Positions 1-10,012 of a stretch of 59,537 bases of DNA are shown piece by piece. The position numbers were made by a program, and so were the translations under genes. How positions within the stretch are numbered: the first letter of the stretch is position 1; the number at the start of each line of letters is the position of its first letter. The notes under the pieces are model-generated. The model was not told the origin of the DNA. It ran no database searches and was given only the letters and a program-made list of their open reading frames with translations. The stretch is from Parafilimonas sp. (lineage in GTDB: Bacteria > Bacteroidota > Bacteroidia > Chitinophagales > Chitinophagaceae): assembly GCA_035547495.1 (NCBI GenBank), contig DASZUY010000238.1:1-59537 (forward strand). The letters are read 5' to 3'.

Positions 1-1663
1 TTCCTGTGTTATAAGAAGCTAAGGTATCTCCATTTTGATCTTCAATGCTTAGCGTAATATTAGGCTCAATAGACGTAAACTTACATATATTCATAATCCA
101 AGAGGAAAATTTGTAAGTAGTGCCACTACAGAGCCCGCTCACATTCTTCTTAAAAAATATACTCGGCTGGTACGAAGCGTTTATTAACATAAAATAACCG
201 CTAGTGTCACCTGTGTGATCAGTTAGGGTGTTCCATCCTCCATTCCAACAATCTGTAGTATAATTAGTAATTGTATATTGACCATCATTGGGGCACGTAG
301 TTGCTACATAGTCAAGGTTGGTGATATCAGGAGAAAGCGGTAACCCCAACCCCGTTCCCGAACCGAATGTTTCGTTCACAATCGCATCACCTATACTACC
401 TGTGCAGGCATTGGTGGTTACTCTTATAACTATTTTATTACTAGTAGTATCTATAACGGCATTGCAAGAATTTGATCCGGTAACAGATACCCATATACTA
501 TCGTTATTATTAAGTTTATCATCAGTGTATACAGAAGAGTCGCTGCCAATCTTTTGATTGTTTTTATACCATTGATAGGTTAATGGCGGCTGAAGATTAA
601 CTGTCTTTGCTGTAAAAGTAATTGGAGTACCGGATGTGATATTGGTAGCGGAACCGCTTAACGAAACTGATGCGGGAAGTGACGGCAATACAGTGATGGT
701 AACACTATCTGTTGAACTGCAACCCGGCGATCCGCTTAATGACGTTTGCACATAATAAGTATAATTTGCTTCATTGCTTCCATTGTTGGTTAATGTTAAC
801 TTGGGATTTGATATGAAAGAAGAACTCAGTCCCCGTGTTGGTGACCATTGATAAACATAACCGGCATTAGGAGAAGTGCCAATATTAACAGATTGACCTG
901 AGCAGATAGTTTGGTTAGCACCTGCTTTAGAGGGAGGAATATCTGTATAAATAGTTACATTTTTAATAGAATGATTGTCTGTTTTGGCACCAGTAGAAGC
1001 AGTAAATCCGAGATAACCCGCAAAATTGAATTGCTGAAAGCCTGTAATGTATAAAGTGTTGTTTACATAAAGACTGATGTTGCCATTATCATAAACAACT
1101 TTAGCATGATTATAATTATTAGACCTGATGAAACTTAAGCTTCCTGTACTATTATCAACAGTAGGCTGTGACCAGCATTCATCATAGCCTGCCCCCCATC
1201 GTATTTCAATTTTAGGATAAATAGCAAAATTTAAAGGGAAACAATTTGGGTTAGGGTCGAAACAAATTTTTAAGCCGTTAGCCGTTTGCGGAATACCCAT
1301 GCCACCACCGTTTACAAAGTTTGTGGGCGGAACATCCAAGAAGCAAAAAGCTAAACCGTCCGCCAATGTTCCGTCAAATATCCTGAAATCAAATTCTGCT
1401 GTCCATCTGTTACACAAAGACAGATTTATTGGTTCAGCATAGAAAACGGCACCAGATTGAAAATAATTTGCAGGACAAACTATAATCTCAGTATCATCAG
1501 TTCCTGTTACATTACCAATATAAGCAGCACCGCTAAATTTCCATCCTGTTGTATCTAGAGGGTCCCCATGTAGTTGAGCAAAAATGTAGGATTGGGAATG
1601 AGCAAAATTTATCAGACAAATAAGAATAACGCATAATAACAATCTCCGCGGTATTAATTTCAT
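1..1663 (-). CDS. Secreted protein with N-terminal L-type (legume/ConA-like) lectin domain and Ig-like domains; runs off the window edge, probable T9SS cargo
   Basis: Not in the ORF track. Manual translation from the ATG at 1663 gives MKLIPRRLLLCVILICLINFAHSQ (signal peptide), then FDFRIFDGTLADGLAFCF and YLGFTASTG (L-lectin motifs), YQWYKN (Ig-like) and DHTGDTSGYFMLINAS. The frame appears open to base 1. It starts 11 bp after the upstream stop. Confidence 0.8.
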   Translation of the reverse strand, partial: MKLIPRRLLLCVILICLINFAHSQSYIFAQLHGDPLDTTGWKFSGAAYIGNVTGTDDTEIIVCPANYFQSGAVFYAEPINLSLCNRWTAEFDFRIFDGTLADGLAFCFLDVPPTNFVNGGGMGIPQTANGLKICFDPNPNCFPLNFAIYPKIEIRWGAGYDECWSQPTVDNSTGSLSFIRSNNYNHAKVVYDNGNISLYVNNTLYITGFQQFNFAGYLGFTASTGAKTDNHSIKNVTIYTDIPPSKAGANQTICSGQSVNIGTSPNAGYVYQWSPTRGLSSSFISNPKLTLTNNGSNEANYTYYVQTSLSGSPGCSSTDSVTITVLPSLPASVSLSGSATNITSGTPITFTAKTVNLQPPLTYQWYKNNQKIGSDSSVYTDDKLNNNDSIWVSVTGSNSCNAVIDTTSNKIVIRVTTNACTGSIGDAIVNETFGSGTGLGLPLSPDITNLDYVATTCPNDGQYTITNYTTDCWNGGWNTLTDHTGDTSGYFMLINASYQPSIFFKKNVSGLCSGTTYKFSSWIMNICKFTSIEPNITLSIEDQNGDTLASYNTG

Positions 1664-1674
1664 AACAAGCGATT

Positions 1675-4600
1675 TTACTCTTTCAGAAACGGTTGCTTTA
1701 ATGTAGCGCCATTTATTGTTACCTGCAGTATGTACAAACCAGCTTTTAAACCCGCGGTATTAATATTCACATCATCATTATTTAATTTGATATTATTGTT
1801 AAGAATTTGCTTTCCTGAAACCTCAATTATTTGAACTGTAGCATTGCCGGAAGAATTTGTCACTCTGAAGTTTAATTTGTCTGTAGTGGGGTTTGGCCAT
1901 AGAATAAGTGGGGAATTTTTGTCGTGCAACTTAACCGCGATGGTTTTGCTTAAAGTTGAATTGCCATCTTTGTCGACCTTTTCTAAACGATAATAGACCA
2001 CTTCGACGGGTAACAGTGCAGCGCTTACATCTGTATAATTATAGTTTTTCGTTGTCGCGCTTGCACTATCGGTGCTTATTCTTGAAATGGTCCTGAAACC
2101 TATGCCATCAATACTACGTTGAACATCAAAATAAGCACTATTAATATCCTTAACTGTTTCCCAACCTAAAACCACGTCCGCCTTTGCAATCACCGCTTCA
2201 AGAGACAAAATGTAAATTGGTAATACATCAGCGCTACTTGCGACTATAAAAGCTGTATTTGTATAACCTGAGTTTGTAAAGCCGTCTTGTTTAAGCGTAT
2301 ATTCGCCGTTATTTAATTGGGCTGCTTGTGTTCTACCTTGGATCCATTTCGAACCATTATAGTAAGCAATAAAACAAGCATTCGGATTAAATCCAGGCGT
2401 TTCATCTTTTGCACTCCACGAAAATTGGAAACTATGTATTTTGTTTATGTAATAATAAGTGCTCACAAACCATGTTTTGTTTACCACGGCCCTATTTATG
2501 ATATCTCCTGCAGCACCGTTTTTACGCACTTCATTTTTTATATAGGTTGAAAATGTTGATGAGGGATTATCATAGTGATAAGTAAATGCAAATGGGGTGT
2601 ATGAGGTATCATTCGTACCAACCGGAAGTATCTCTTCCGTATCAACTGGGCTCGCGTAACTATTTAGGTTGAGTGAAACTGGTGAGCCATCATATGATGC
2701 GAATGTGTGATTCAATTCGATGAACCTTTTGTCGCTGAAATTTTTGAAAAACGGACTTTTTTGGAGTGTTAGACCTGCATCATTTACTATAACTTTATTG
2801 TTTGTTTTAAAATTTATAATTGAGTTAAGTGCTAGTGTATAATAACCATTCCGGGCACTTGTCAGGTCCCAATCGTTTCCATCTATATTTATAGTATCAA
2901 TGTTATACAATCCCAGACCATATGTCGTATTTAAATAAGTACCGGTTCGGGAAATGGAGCCCGAACCATTAATGTTCCCGCTATTAAATACTGTCCCACT
3001 AATCTTAAGGCTTCCAGGTTGATTGACATATAAATCCCCATAAGCAAGAATTAAATCCCTGCAACTATACACACCTGTTATAACCGCACTATTGTGAACA
3101 GCGGGGATTATGACGTCTTCAGAATTGTTTGGAACTCCTACCGGTAACCAATTATCCTTATTTCCCCAATCATTTGAAACCGTGCCAGTCCATATCTTTT
3201 GAGGTTTTTTAATTACGCAAGGTTCTGTTCCTGTTCGTAAGGTACCAAATCTCCAAGTTCCGGTGGTATCTTCAGATGGAGCATCAGCCGCATTTACGAG
3301 ATAAACGCTATCGCCAAGATCAACACCCTCATTTGAAACATATAGGTATCCTATCCGATAACAATTACTACCGTTAAGATTCATTCGCCATACAATGCCG
3401 CTATTGAAGTTTGCAGTAAAAATGAGTAAAGATGAATCGATTTGCACAACTCTATCTGTGTAACCTGGCGAATTAGGGTATTGCAGCGAATCGGATAAAG
3501 GATGGCTGGAGGATGTTGCATTTCCATCCCAGATGTATGTGGAGTAATGGAAGCTGTTATCAACATCAAAATAAATCAAGCCAGATGAGCACGTGCCGCT
3601 CAAACCAGCAACACGGGCATTAGAATTTAGAATCTTAGAATCGTACTCGATTCCCTTTGTAACTTCAATTACATTTTCAATATAGTTTCCTTGGTCGTCA
3701 ACTTTTTCTCTCTCAAAAAAAGCTTTTTGATTTGAAAGCAAATATTTGAAAAGTCTATGGTCGTAAAGAAAATAGCTGTAGTACTTAGCATTATTGCTTT
3801 CTATAATCGACGGATTACTGTTTTCGGACGAAATGCTCACAAGATAGTAAGTACCATAGTAGGTTGAGTCGTTAAAAGTCAACGCAAGTATGTATTGATT
3901 ATTTACGTTTACCCAATCTTGGACGTACGTGCTATAGGTTCCAGGTGTAAAGTCAGTATACATGCGAGGCTGCTGAACACCATCGCCAACCCAGATTTCC
4001 CGTCCGTGAAGCTCGTCGTAATGTTCAAAATAGACAGACCCGTTTAGGGTTACTATGTTTGACGCGGCCACACTAAATGGATCCTCAATGCTGTCAAGGG
4101 TTGCCCATAATTCAAAGTAGGGTTGTGTTCCAGAAATAGTACCATCAGTTTTATATATATAGCTAATTACACTATCACCCTCTTGCTGAGCTCCACTGAA
4201 AAAATACGTGTTGCCAATGTTTTTCGTGGAATCTGGGCTGGGATAGGAAAACGTGCCAGCATTCACATCTTTCTTATCACCTGCAAATATTGGGAAAGTT
4301 CCTGTTGAAGTTCCATCGGAACGCCATAATCCTAAAAAAGTACTTTTGTAATCGGCACCCTCCATTGTAACCTTATAAACTAAAAAATACAAAAGGCGAC
4401 CATCAGTATACGAGGAAGCAATATCCATTCCCCATGAAGAGTCAAAATTCATATCGCTAACAAACACAGTTCCCTTACCGGTGCCATCAGATTTCCATAG
4501 CCCACGCTTTTTATTATTACCATCATTTGCAAAAAATAATGCAAACGAACCCACTTTGTACATCCTAGTCGAAGCGTAATTAAGACTAGAGTTCATTGTA

Positions 4601-4740
4601 CTTGATTCACTTCCTATATAAGTTCCATCGCTTAATCGATTTTGATGGCCGTTTGAATTTATATCCTTTAATAGCCAAGGGTGCTGCGCAACAGAACAGC
4701 AGCTAATTAATACTAAAAAGGTTGTTATTACTGTCTTCAT
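1675..4740 (-). CDS. T9SS type A CTD protein with ELWxxDGT-like beta-propeller repeats
   Basis: Signal peptide; repeats GLWKSDGT, GLWRSDGT, IYKTDGT, EIWVGDG; WTGTVSNDWGNKDNW motif; C-terminal WPNP...GLYILQV...FLKE sorting domain. Confidence 0.85.
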   Translation of the reverse strand: MKTVITTFLVLISCCSVAQHPWLLKDINSNGHQNRLSDGTYIGSESSTMNSSLNYASTRMYKVGSFALFFANDGNNKKRGLWKSDGTGKGTVFVSDMNFDSSWGMDIASSYTDGRLLYFLVYKVTMEGADYKSTFLGLWRSDGTSTGTFPIFAGDKKDVNAGTFSYPSPDSTKNIGNTYFFSGAQQEGDSVISYIYKTDGTISGTQPYFELWATLDSIEDPFSVAASNIVTLNGSVYFEHYDELHGREIWVGDGVQQPRMYTDFTPGTYSTYVQDWVNVNNQYILALTFNDSTYYGTYYLVSISSENSNPSIIESNNAKYYSYFLYDHRLFKYLLSNQKAFFEREKVDDQGNYIENVIEVTKGIEYDSKILNSNARVAGLSGTCSSGLIYFDVDNSFHYSTYIWDGNATSSSHPLSDSLQYPNSPGYTDRVVQIDSSLLIFTANFNSGIVWRMNLNGSNCYRIGYLYVSNEGVDLGDSVYLVNAADAPSEDTTGTWRFGTLRTGTEPCVIKKPQKIWTGTVSNDWGNKDNWLPVGVPNNSEDVIIPAVHNSAVITGVYSCRDLILAYGDLYVNQPGSLKISGTVFNSGNINGSGSISRTGTYLNTTYGLGLYNIDTINIDGNDWDLTSARNGYYTLALNSIINFKTNNKVIVNDAGLTLQKSPFFKNFSDKRFIELNHTFASYDGSPVSLNLNSYASPVDTEEILPVGTNDTSYTPFAFTYHYDNPSSTFSTYIKNEVRKNGAAGDIINRAVVNKTWFVSTYYYINKIHSFQFSWSAKDETPGFNPNACFIAYYNGSKWIQGRTQAAQLNNGEYTLKQDGFTNSGYTNTAFIVASSADVLPIYILSLEAVIAKADVVLGWETVKDINSAYFDVQRSIDGIGFRTISRISTDSASATTKNYNYTDVSAALLPVEVVYYRLEKVDKDGNSTLSKTIAVKLHDKNSPLILWPNPTTDKLNFRVTNSSGNATVQIIEVSGKQILNNNIKLNNDDVNINTAGLKAGLYILQVTINGATLKQPFLKE

Positions 4741-4762
4741 ACCTTCAGAAGTTTAGGTGAAT

Positions 4763-7700
4763 TTATTCTTTCAAAAATTCTTTCCTCCAGACGCTGTTAT
4801 TGGTTTTTATTTGAAGTAAGTAGGATCCGGCTCTTAAGAAGTTCGTAAGTATGTTAATATTACCGGAACCAATGGTAACGTCGTTCTTGTAAACTTGCCT
4901 GCCATTCATATCAAATATCAGCATGGTGGCATTCCCGCGATAGCCCTCTAATCTAAATGAAAGATTATTCTTAACAGGGTTCGGCATTATAGATAAACTA
5001 TTAGACTGTCCATCGAATTTAACTATGACAGTATTGCTAAATAACGATTTACCATCTTTGTCAACTTGCATTAATCTGTAATAAGCAAATGGAGTATTTA
5101 ATTCAATTGAATTGTCAGTGAGACTATAGTTAGTTTTAGTGATAGAGGTACCTTTGGATTGTACTTTTCCAATGCTGCTGAAATAAATACCATCAGTACT
5201 TTTTTCGACATCAAAATATGAGGTATTTTGTTCTTGTGCTGTCTGCCAACTTAACTCAACATTGTCGTTAATTAAAAACGCAGAAAAATTTAGTAATTGG
5301 GATGCTAAAACTCCAGATACAACAAATGACCGAGTTACCGGCTTTGCGCCAGCGAAATATACATTTCCTACTGCCGTGGCTTTAATTGTGACAGTGCCTG
5401 TTCCAGTAAGAATTGCTATGCCATTTTCAATTTTCGCTGGTCCGCTTACAACTTTAAATTTCACATTCTCACCCGAAGATGCACTTGCTATTAAGGCAAA
5501 AGGTGAATCCCCAATAATTTTATCAGGTATAGCTGCGAAATCAATTGTATTTGGGTATAAAACAGCCTTTTCAAAATTGGAATCAACCAAAACAGGGACT
5601 TTGATCGTATCAGATAAGTATGAAACGAGAATAGTGTCTGAACCAGCCTCGCTTGCTCGGACAACTCCATTTCCGTCTATCGCAACTCTGTTATATAAAG
5701 GTGTATAAGTAATACCATTTGTGGTATCATTGATATCGTAATCTGCTGTATCGGTGCCGATTTTATACAACGCCGTGCATTGCAGAGATTCCTCCCTTAT
5801 ACTTGAGTCAAGTTCTATAATTGAGGGATTAACCTGGAGCTTTAAAAAAGTGCCATTCGGGACAATTGTAAAAGATGCGGTGTCACCAATAAGTACGCCG
5901 CTAGAATCGCGAGCTAAAAGTGCAAAGTTTATTTTTCCGATAGAACCAAAATTCCCCGGCAGCGTAATATTAAGTGAATTCGAAGTATCAAAAGCGAACC
6001 ATCCCAAGTCCTGAATCATGCATATAACATTATTTAACTTACTTGTTTCGGAACTATCATAAGTTATTGTGATGTCATTTTGAACCCCGCCTTTGAAAAC
6101 AAGATTGCGACTTGCGGAATCAACTCGAATCATTTGACCTGTCATGCCCATACTGCCGGTTTCTTTGTTTTTATCATCGTTTCCGTTTGTAAAACCGGAA
6201 ACTGCGTCTAAAGGGGCAGGGAAATAAGGAGCGAACAAAGATGCATCTGAACTTTGAAGTAGGTTGGCTACTTGCGAGAAGATTGCGGGATTGTCGGTTT
6301 CCGTATTAGAAATTGCAAACGTTCGACCGGGGGGGTCAGAATGTGCTGTATATTGAAAATTTCCTGTTCCCGTACCTGTCAAGCCACCAAGTTGGCTTTT
6401 TCTTGAAACTACTAAATCATTAAGATCTTCAAATAAACTACTTGTGCTGATCTCTCCAAGTGCATATAAAAAATCATTCATTGCTGTAGATTGGCTCGCG
6501 CTTGCAATTCCGACTACCGCAAAAACTTTATTGATTTTGTTATCATTTGTAGCCTTAAGATGTTGTAAGGCAGGATTATTTGAAATATCAGGATTGAAAT
6601 CTCTATGGCAGCTCCCAACCTGCATACTTGTTCCGTTAAGTAAATCCCTGATACTGTATAATGTCGAAGGCAAATGGATCGGCGCAATATTATTATAAAG
6701 AATGGGACCCAGAGGGCTTCCCAAATGCGGAGTACCTAGAGTTATTAGCTTATGAATAAACCCTTGCTTATAGTTTTCCGCGACAAAATTTTTTGAATCC
6801 CACTGGGAAAAGCTCCTCGTCATCAATCCGCCTAAGCTGTGTCCAACAACATCAGCTTGGCAAGTAACTATACCTTGCATTTCATATTGAGTAATTCCAT
6901 CGTTTATGGCTTTTAAGATTGCTTTTCTCCCAAAAATGCTTTCAGGGTTTACAGGGTCAAAAGTATTTGAGCTTTCCGCTGAATAGTCAGCACGGTGAAT
7001 GTTAGTAAATCCCACATCCGTTAAATATTTAAGGAAGCTTGGATTTCCGTTAGAGTTTTTTTCCCAAACTTGTGGATTGGACCACATGCCGTGTACGAGC
7101 ACAACCGGTGGTGTAACTAGCTGAAGATTTTTGCTGCTGGTGGTATAAGCGTTTGGATTATTAGGATTGTCGTAGCTAAAAGCCCAAACCGTGAGATTTC
7201 TTCCGCCCAAAGGAAACGAGGATCCATATCCATCAGGTGCCGTATATACGCCTACGGCATATCCGTCACTGTTTGACATCACATTGACATAGGGTTGGTT
7301 AGTGACGGATTGGTCAAGATTCGATAGGAACCCATTCTCGGAACCTTGTATCAGAAATTGAACTTTTACATTTGGGGCTGTCTTCGCTATCACGAGCACT
7401 TTTGATAATCCATCAGTGGCGGCACCAATAACCTTCTTGGTAGTATCAATTTTGGAAACGTCAGTATTTAATGTGCCATCATCTTTCACCATGGAAGGAT
7501 ATGGGTCCACGAAAGAGACGGGAAAGGGTGGACACGGATCATTAGTGACCCAGGCGACATCTCCAATTAAATAGCCAGTATTTCCATAATTTAAATTGTT
7601 ATAAATAGCTCCCGGATTACTGTAGGTGTACCCTCCTGTTCCTTCATTAAAGTGATAAAAAAAATCATTTAACGAAGTCAAGTCCGTTCCATTTGCAACC

Positions 7701-8359
7701 GAATCTAATTGGGACTTATTGATAACATCTGGTGACATAAACACATCGTCTATGTAACCGTTAAAATAAGAGTCTGTGTACATCTTATTTTGGTAATATT
7801 GGGAGTGACATCCAATTGAAGCATCGTTGAAGTTTCCACCTAATGCAGTCGCCCAATGAAGTCCTCCTCTCATCTTTTTACTTGTTACTACCACTCCATT
7901 CACATAAAAATTGCACATGTATGAACTTTGATCAAGTGTGACAGCTATGTGATAGAATTTACCGGAGTCTGGAACAACTCCGGAGGATAAGCTGTCTATT
8001 TCTGGTTGAATGCTCGGTTCAAAGCCCACCCCATCGGAAGTATCAATTGCACCCTTAAACATAAATTCTCCACTCGCATTTAAGACGATTCCCCATTCCA
8101 CCCGTGTAGAAGCACCTTGGTTTACAAAAAAGCTTCGATAAACAATACCCATATTAGATGGATGCTTGCTTTCGCATCTCACCCACGCTGCAATTGTAAT
8201 GCTCTGAGAATAGTAAATAGGATCTTCCGCATCAACAAATCCATTTAGTCCGTGACAATGCAATAAGTAGCCACCGCAATGATAGGTATATTGCGAGGAA
8301 GCATTGTTGCAGACAAAAAATGTTGCGACAAATAGAACAGTTTTAGTAAAAGTTTTCAT
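4763..8359 (-). CDS. T9SS cargo: LamG/ConA-like domain + alpha/beta hydrolase (lipase/PGAP1-like) + Ig-like domains + type A CTD
   Basis: LamG motifs ITIAAWV, YHIAVT, FYVNG, FNGYIDDV; hydrolase motifs PVVLVHG, GHSLGG, LITLGTPHLGS, NDLVV; CTD MPNP...GSYLLQI. Confidence 0.85.
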   Translation of the reverse strand: MKTFTKTVLFVATFFVCNNASSQYTYHCGGYLLHCHGLNGFVDAEDPIYYSQSITIAAWVRCESKHPSNMGIVYRSFFVNQGASTRVEWGIVLNASGEFMFKGAIDTSDGVGFEPSIQPEIDSLSSGVVPDSGKFYHIAVTLDQSSYMCNFYVNGVVVTSKKMRGGLHWATALGGNFNDASIGCHSQYYQNKMYTDSYFNGYIDDVFMSPDVINKSQLDSVANGTDLTSLNDFFYHFNEGTGGYTYSNPGAIYNNLNYGNTGYLIGDVAWVTNDPCPPFPVSFVDPYPSMVKDDGTLNTDVSKIDTTKKVIGAATDGLSKVLVIAKTAPNVKVQFLIQGSENGFLSNLDQSVTNQPYVNVMSNSDGYAVGVYTAPDGYGSSFPLGGRNLTVWAFSYDNPNNPNAYTTSSKNLQLVTPPVVLVHGMWSNPQVWEKNSNGNPSFLKYLTDVGFTNIHRADYSAESSNTFDPVNPESIFGRKAILKAINDGITQYEMQGIVTCQADVVGHSLGGLMTRSFSQWDSKNFVAENYKQGFIHKLITLGTPHLGSPLGPILYNNIAPIHLPSTLYSIRDLLNGTSMQVGSCHRDFNPDISNNPALQHLKATNDNKINKVFAVVGIASASQSTAMNDFLYALGEISTSSLFEDLNDLVVSRKSQLGGLTGTGTGNFQYTAHSDPPGRTFAISNTETDNPAIFSQVANLLQSSDASLFAPYFPAPLDAVSGFTNGNDDKNKETGSMGMTGQMIRVDSASRNLVFKGGVQNDITITYDSSETSKLNNVICMIQDLGWFAFDTSNSLNITLPGNFGSIGKINFALLARDSSGVLIGDTASFTIVPNGTFLKLQVNPSIIELDSSIREESLQCTALYKIGTDTADYDINDTTNGITYTPLYNRVAIDGNGVVRASEAGSDTILVSYLSDTIKVPVLVDSNFEKAVLYPNTIDFAAIPDKIIGDSPFALIASASSGENVKFKVVSGPAKIENGIAILTGTGTVTIKATAVGNVYFAGAKPVTRSFVVSGVLASQLLNFSAFLINDNVELSWQTAQEQNTSYFDVEKSTDGIYFSSIGKVQSKGTSITKTNYSLTDNSIELNTPFAYYRLMQVDKDGKSLFSNTVIVKFDGQSNSLSIMPNPVKNNLSFRLEGYRGNATMLIFDMNGRQVYKNDVTIGSGNINILTNFLRAGSYLLQIKTNNSVWRKEFLKE

Positions 8360-8403
8360 GTTAAGACTTTGAGTGAAATAGGATTATGTAAATTTTATTC
8401 GTT

Positions 8404-8440
8404 TTGGCTGACCAGCCAATAGCCATTTACGGCTAATTTT
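8404..8440. promoter_or_regulatory. Candidate operator: two adjacent inverted repeats at the divergent junction
   Basis: TTGGCTG-AC-CAGCCAA (8404-8419) is followed by TAGCC-ATTTAC-GGCTA (8420-8435). 8419-8440 matches 9140-9161 at 18 of 22 positions. Confidence 0.5.
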
Positions 8441-8467
8441 AGTGATAATTATGGTATACAAACTGGA

Positions 8468-9130
8468 ATGAAATCAACTGCCTTTTACAACTCTTTCAAA
8501 CTGGAAATACTTGTAGATGGACGACACTGTTGTTGATCCAACAGGTTACGCGGCAAAACACTTTTTAGAAAACGGATTGCAAGCCTCATTTCATAAATGA
8601 CATCCGGCAGAGTTTGAATTCATGAATCAAAAAATATCGCCCGAAATCTCTCATTTTTCAAAATTGTTCCGCATAATCAATATGCTGATTATATTACCAG
8701 CTTCAATTTCAGGATGCGCAATGCCAAAGGAAATTATGTAAAGCTGCTGCGACGTTTTTCTGACATTGCAGTTAACGAAACAAGCTTACTGGGGGCATTA
8801 TTGGTGTTGCATTTGATATTACACATTTGAAAACAGAACAATCTATTATACATACAATAGAAAAAAGATAACTGCACTGCCAGGCATGATAAATGAACTG
8901 CTGTTAAAAAAAATTCATCCTTTATTCGATGAATTAAATGAACCATTAACTTTAAGATAAACAAAAATTCTTCGACTTGCGGCTGACGGATTAACCAGTA
9001 AACAAATAGCAGCAAAACTTTTTATCAGCGAGAGTACTATTCTAAATCATAGAAAGAACATACTGGCAAAAACCGGTTGTCATTCTTCTGCTGAACTGTG
9101 CGATTTCCCTTGCAACACAGTTTGATTTAG
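8468..9130 (+). pseudogene. Decayed PAS-LuxR transcriptional regulator (third paralog)
   Basis: Fragments KYL*MDDTVVDPTGYAAKHFLENGL, YITSFNFRMRNAKGNY, IIGVAFDITHLKT and LTLR*TKILRLAADGLTSKQIAAKLFISESTILNHRKNILAKT align colinearly with the two intact LuxR proteins. In-frame stops at 8514, 8598 and 8958 plus several frameshifts. The 5' boundary is approximate. Confidence 0.85.
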
Positions 9131-9217
9131 TTAATACTGATAGTTTTTTATGGCTAATTTTTTTCCTGCATTCACTATATTTTTTAAAATCATAATTTTA
9201 AAACCAAAATACTGTTT

Positions 9218-10012
9218 ATGCCTGCCCGCAAACCAGTTTCTTATACCTCACTTATCAGCGATGTTTTTTATCGCTCCAGAGATATTGATACAAAAGAATT
9301 GCACCAGTTATTAAACCAGGCGGAGGCTATACCGCAATCATTATTGCCCTTTAAAGGTATTATTCATGTAATTGATTATACACAGCGCAGGCATGTAGGT
9401 ATAAGCGGCGATATAGTTAACATGATTGGATACAAGCCCGAACAGGTAATTGAAAACGGTCTTGATTTTGTTGTTGACATTTTTCAAAAAGACGATTTTA
9501 AATTGTATAACGAAAAGATGTTTACGAAAGCGATGGATTTTTTAATCAACATTCCCCATGAAGAACATGACCAATATATTTTTTCGTATGGTTACCGGAT
9601 GAGAAAATCGGATGGAAATTATATTCACCTTTTTCAACAGGGAACTTATGTAACGGATATAAAAACCAAATTACCACTGTACGGCATTGGTGTAGTAGCA
9701 GATATTTCACCCGTAAAAAAAGATGTCTGCATGATATTTTCAATTGATAAAAAAAATAAAGGGAGTCTGCTTAGATATAATAATATTACCACTGAATATT
9801 ACTACCCTGATCCCGACGAAGCTAAGCTGTCTAAACGGGAAAAGGAAATCGTGGGGAGGCTTGCCGATGGCTTAAGCAGCAAAGCAATTGCTGACAGGCT
9901 TTATGTAAGTGAAAGCACTGTCGTTAACCATAGAAAGAACATGTTGAAGAAAACCAATACAAAGAATGTTGCAGAGCTAATTCAATACGCCATTAAGAAA
10001 GGAATTATTTAA
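9218..10012 (+). CDS. PAS-domain LuxR/GerE-family transcriptional regulator
   Basis: C-terminal LSKREKEIV...GLSSKAIADRLYVSESTVVNHRKNMLKK helix-turn-helix; PAS_3-like segment YRMRKSDGNYI. Confidence 0.92.
   Translation: MPARKPVSYTSLISDVFYRSRDIDTKELHQLLNQAEAIPQSLLPFKGIIHVIDYTQRRHVGISGDIVNMIGYKPEQVIENGLDFVVDIFQKDDFKLYNEKMFTKAMDFLINIPHEEHDQYIFSYGYRMRKSDGNYIHLFQQGTYVTDIKTKLPLYGIGVVADISPVKKDVCMIFSIDKKNKGSLLRYNNITTEYYYPDPDEAKLSKREKEIVGRLADGLSSKAIADRLYVSESTVVNHRKNMLKKTNTKNVAELIQYAIKKGII

Noticed and set aside
8734-9015. 93-aa minus-strand ORF
   Set aside because: It is the antisense shadow of the LuxR pseudogene.
8468-9130. Stop-codon readthrough or alternative genetic code for the broken LuxR
   Set aside because: All three stop types and several frameshifts occur, and neighbouring genes use the standard code.
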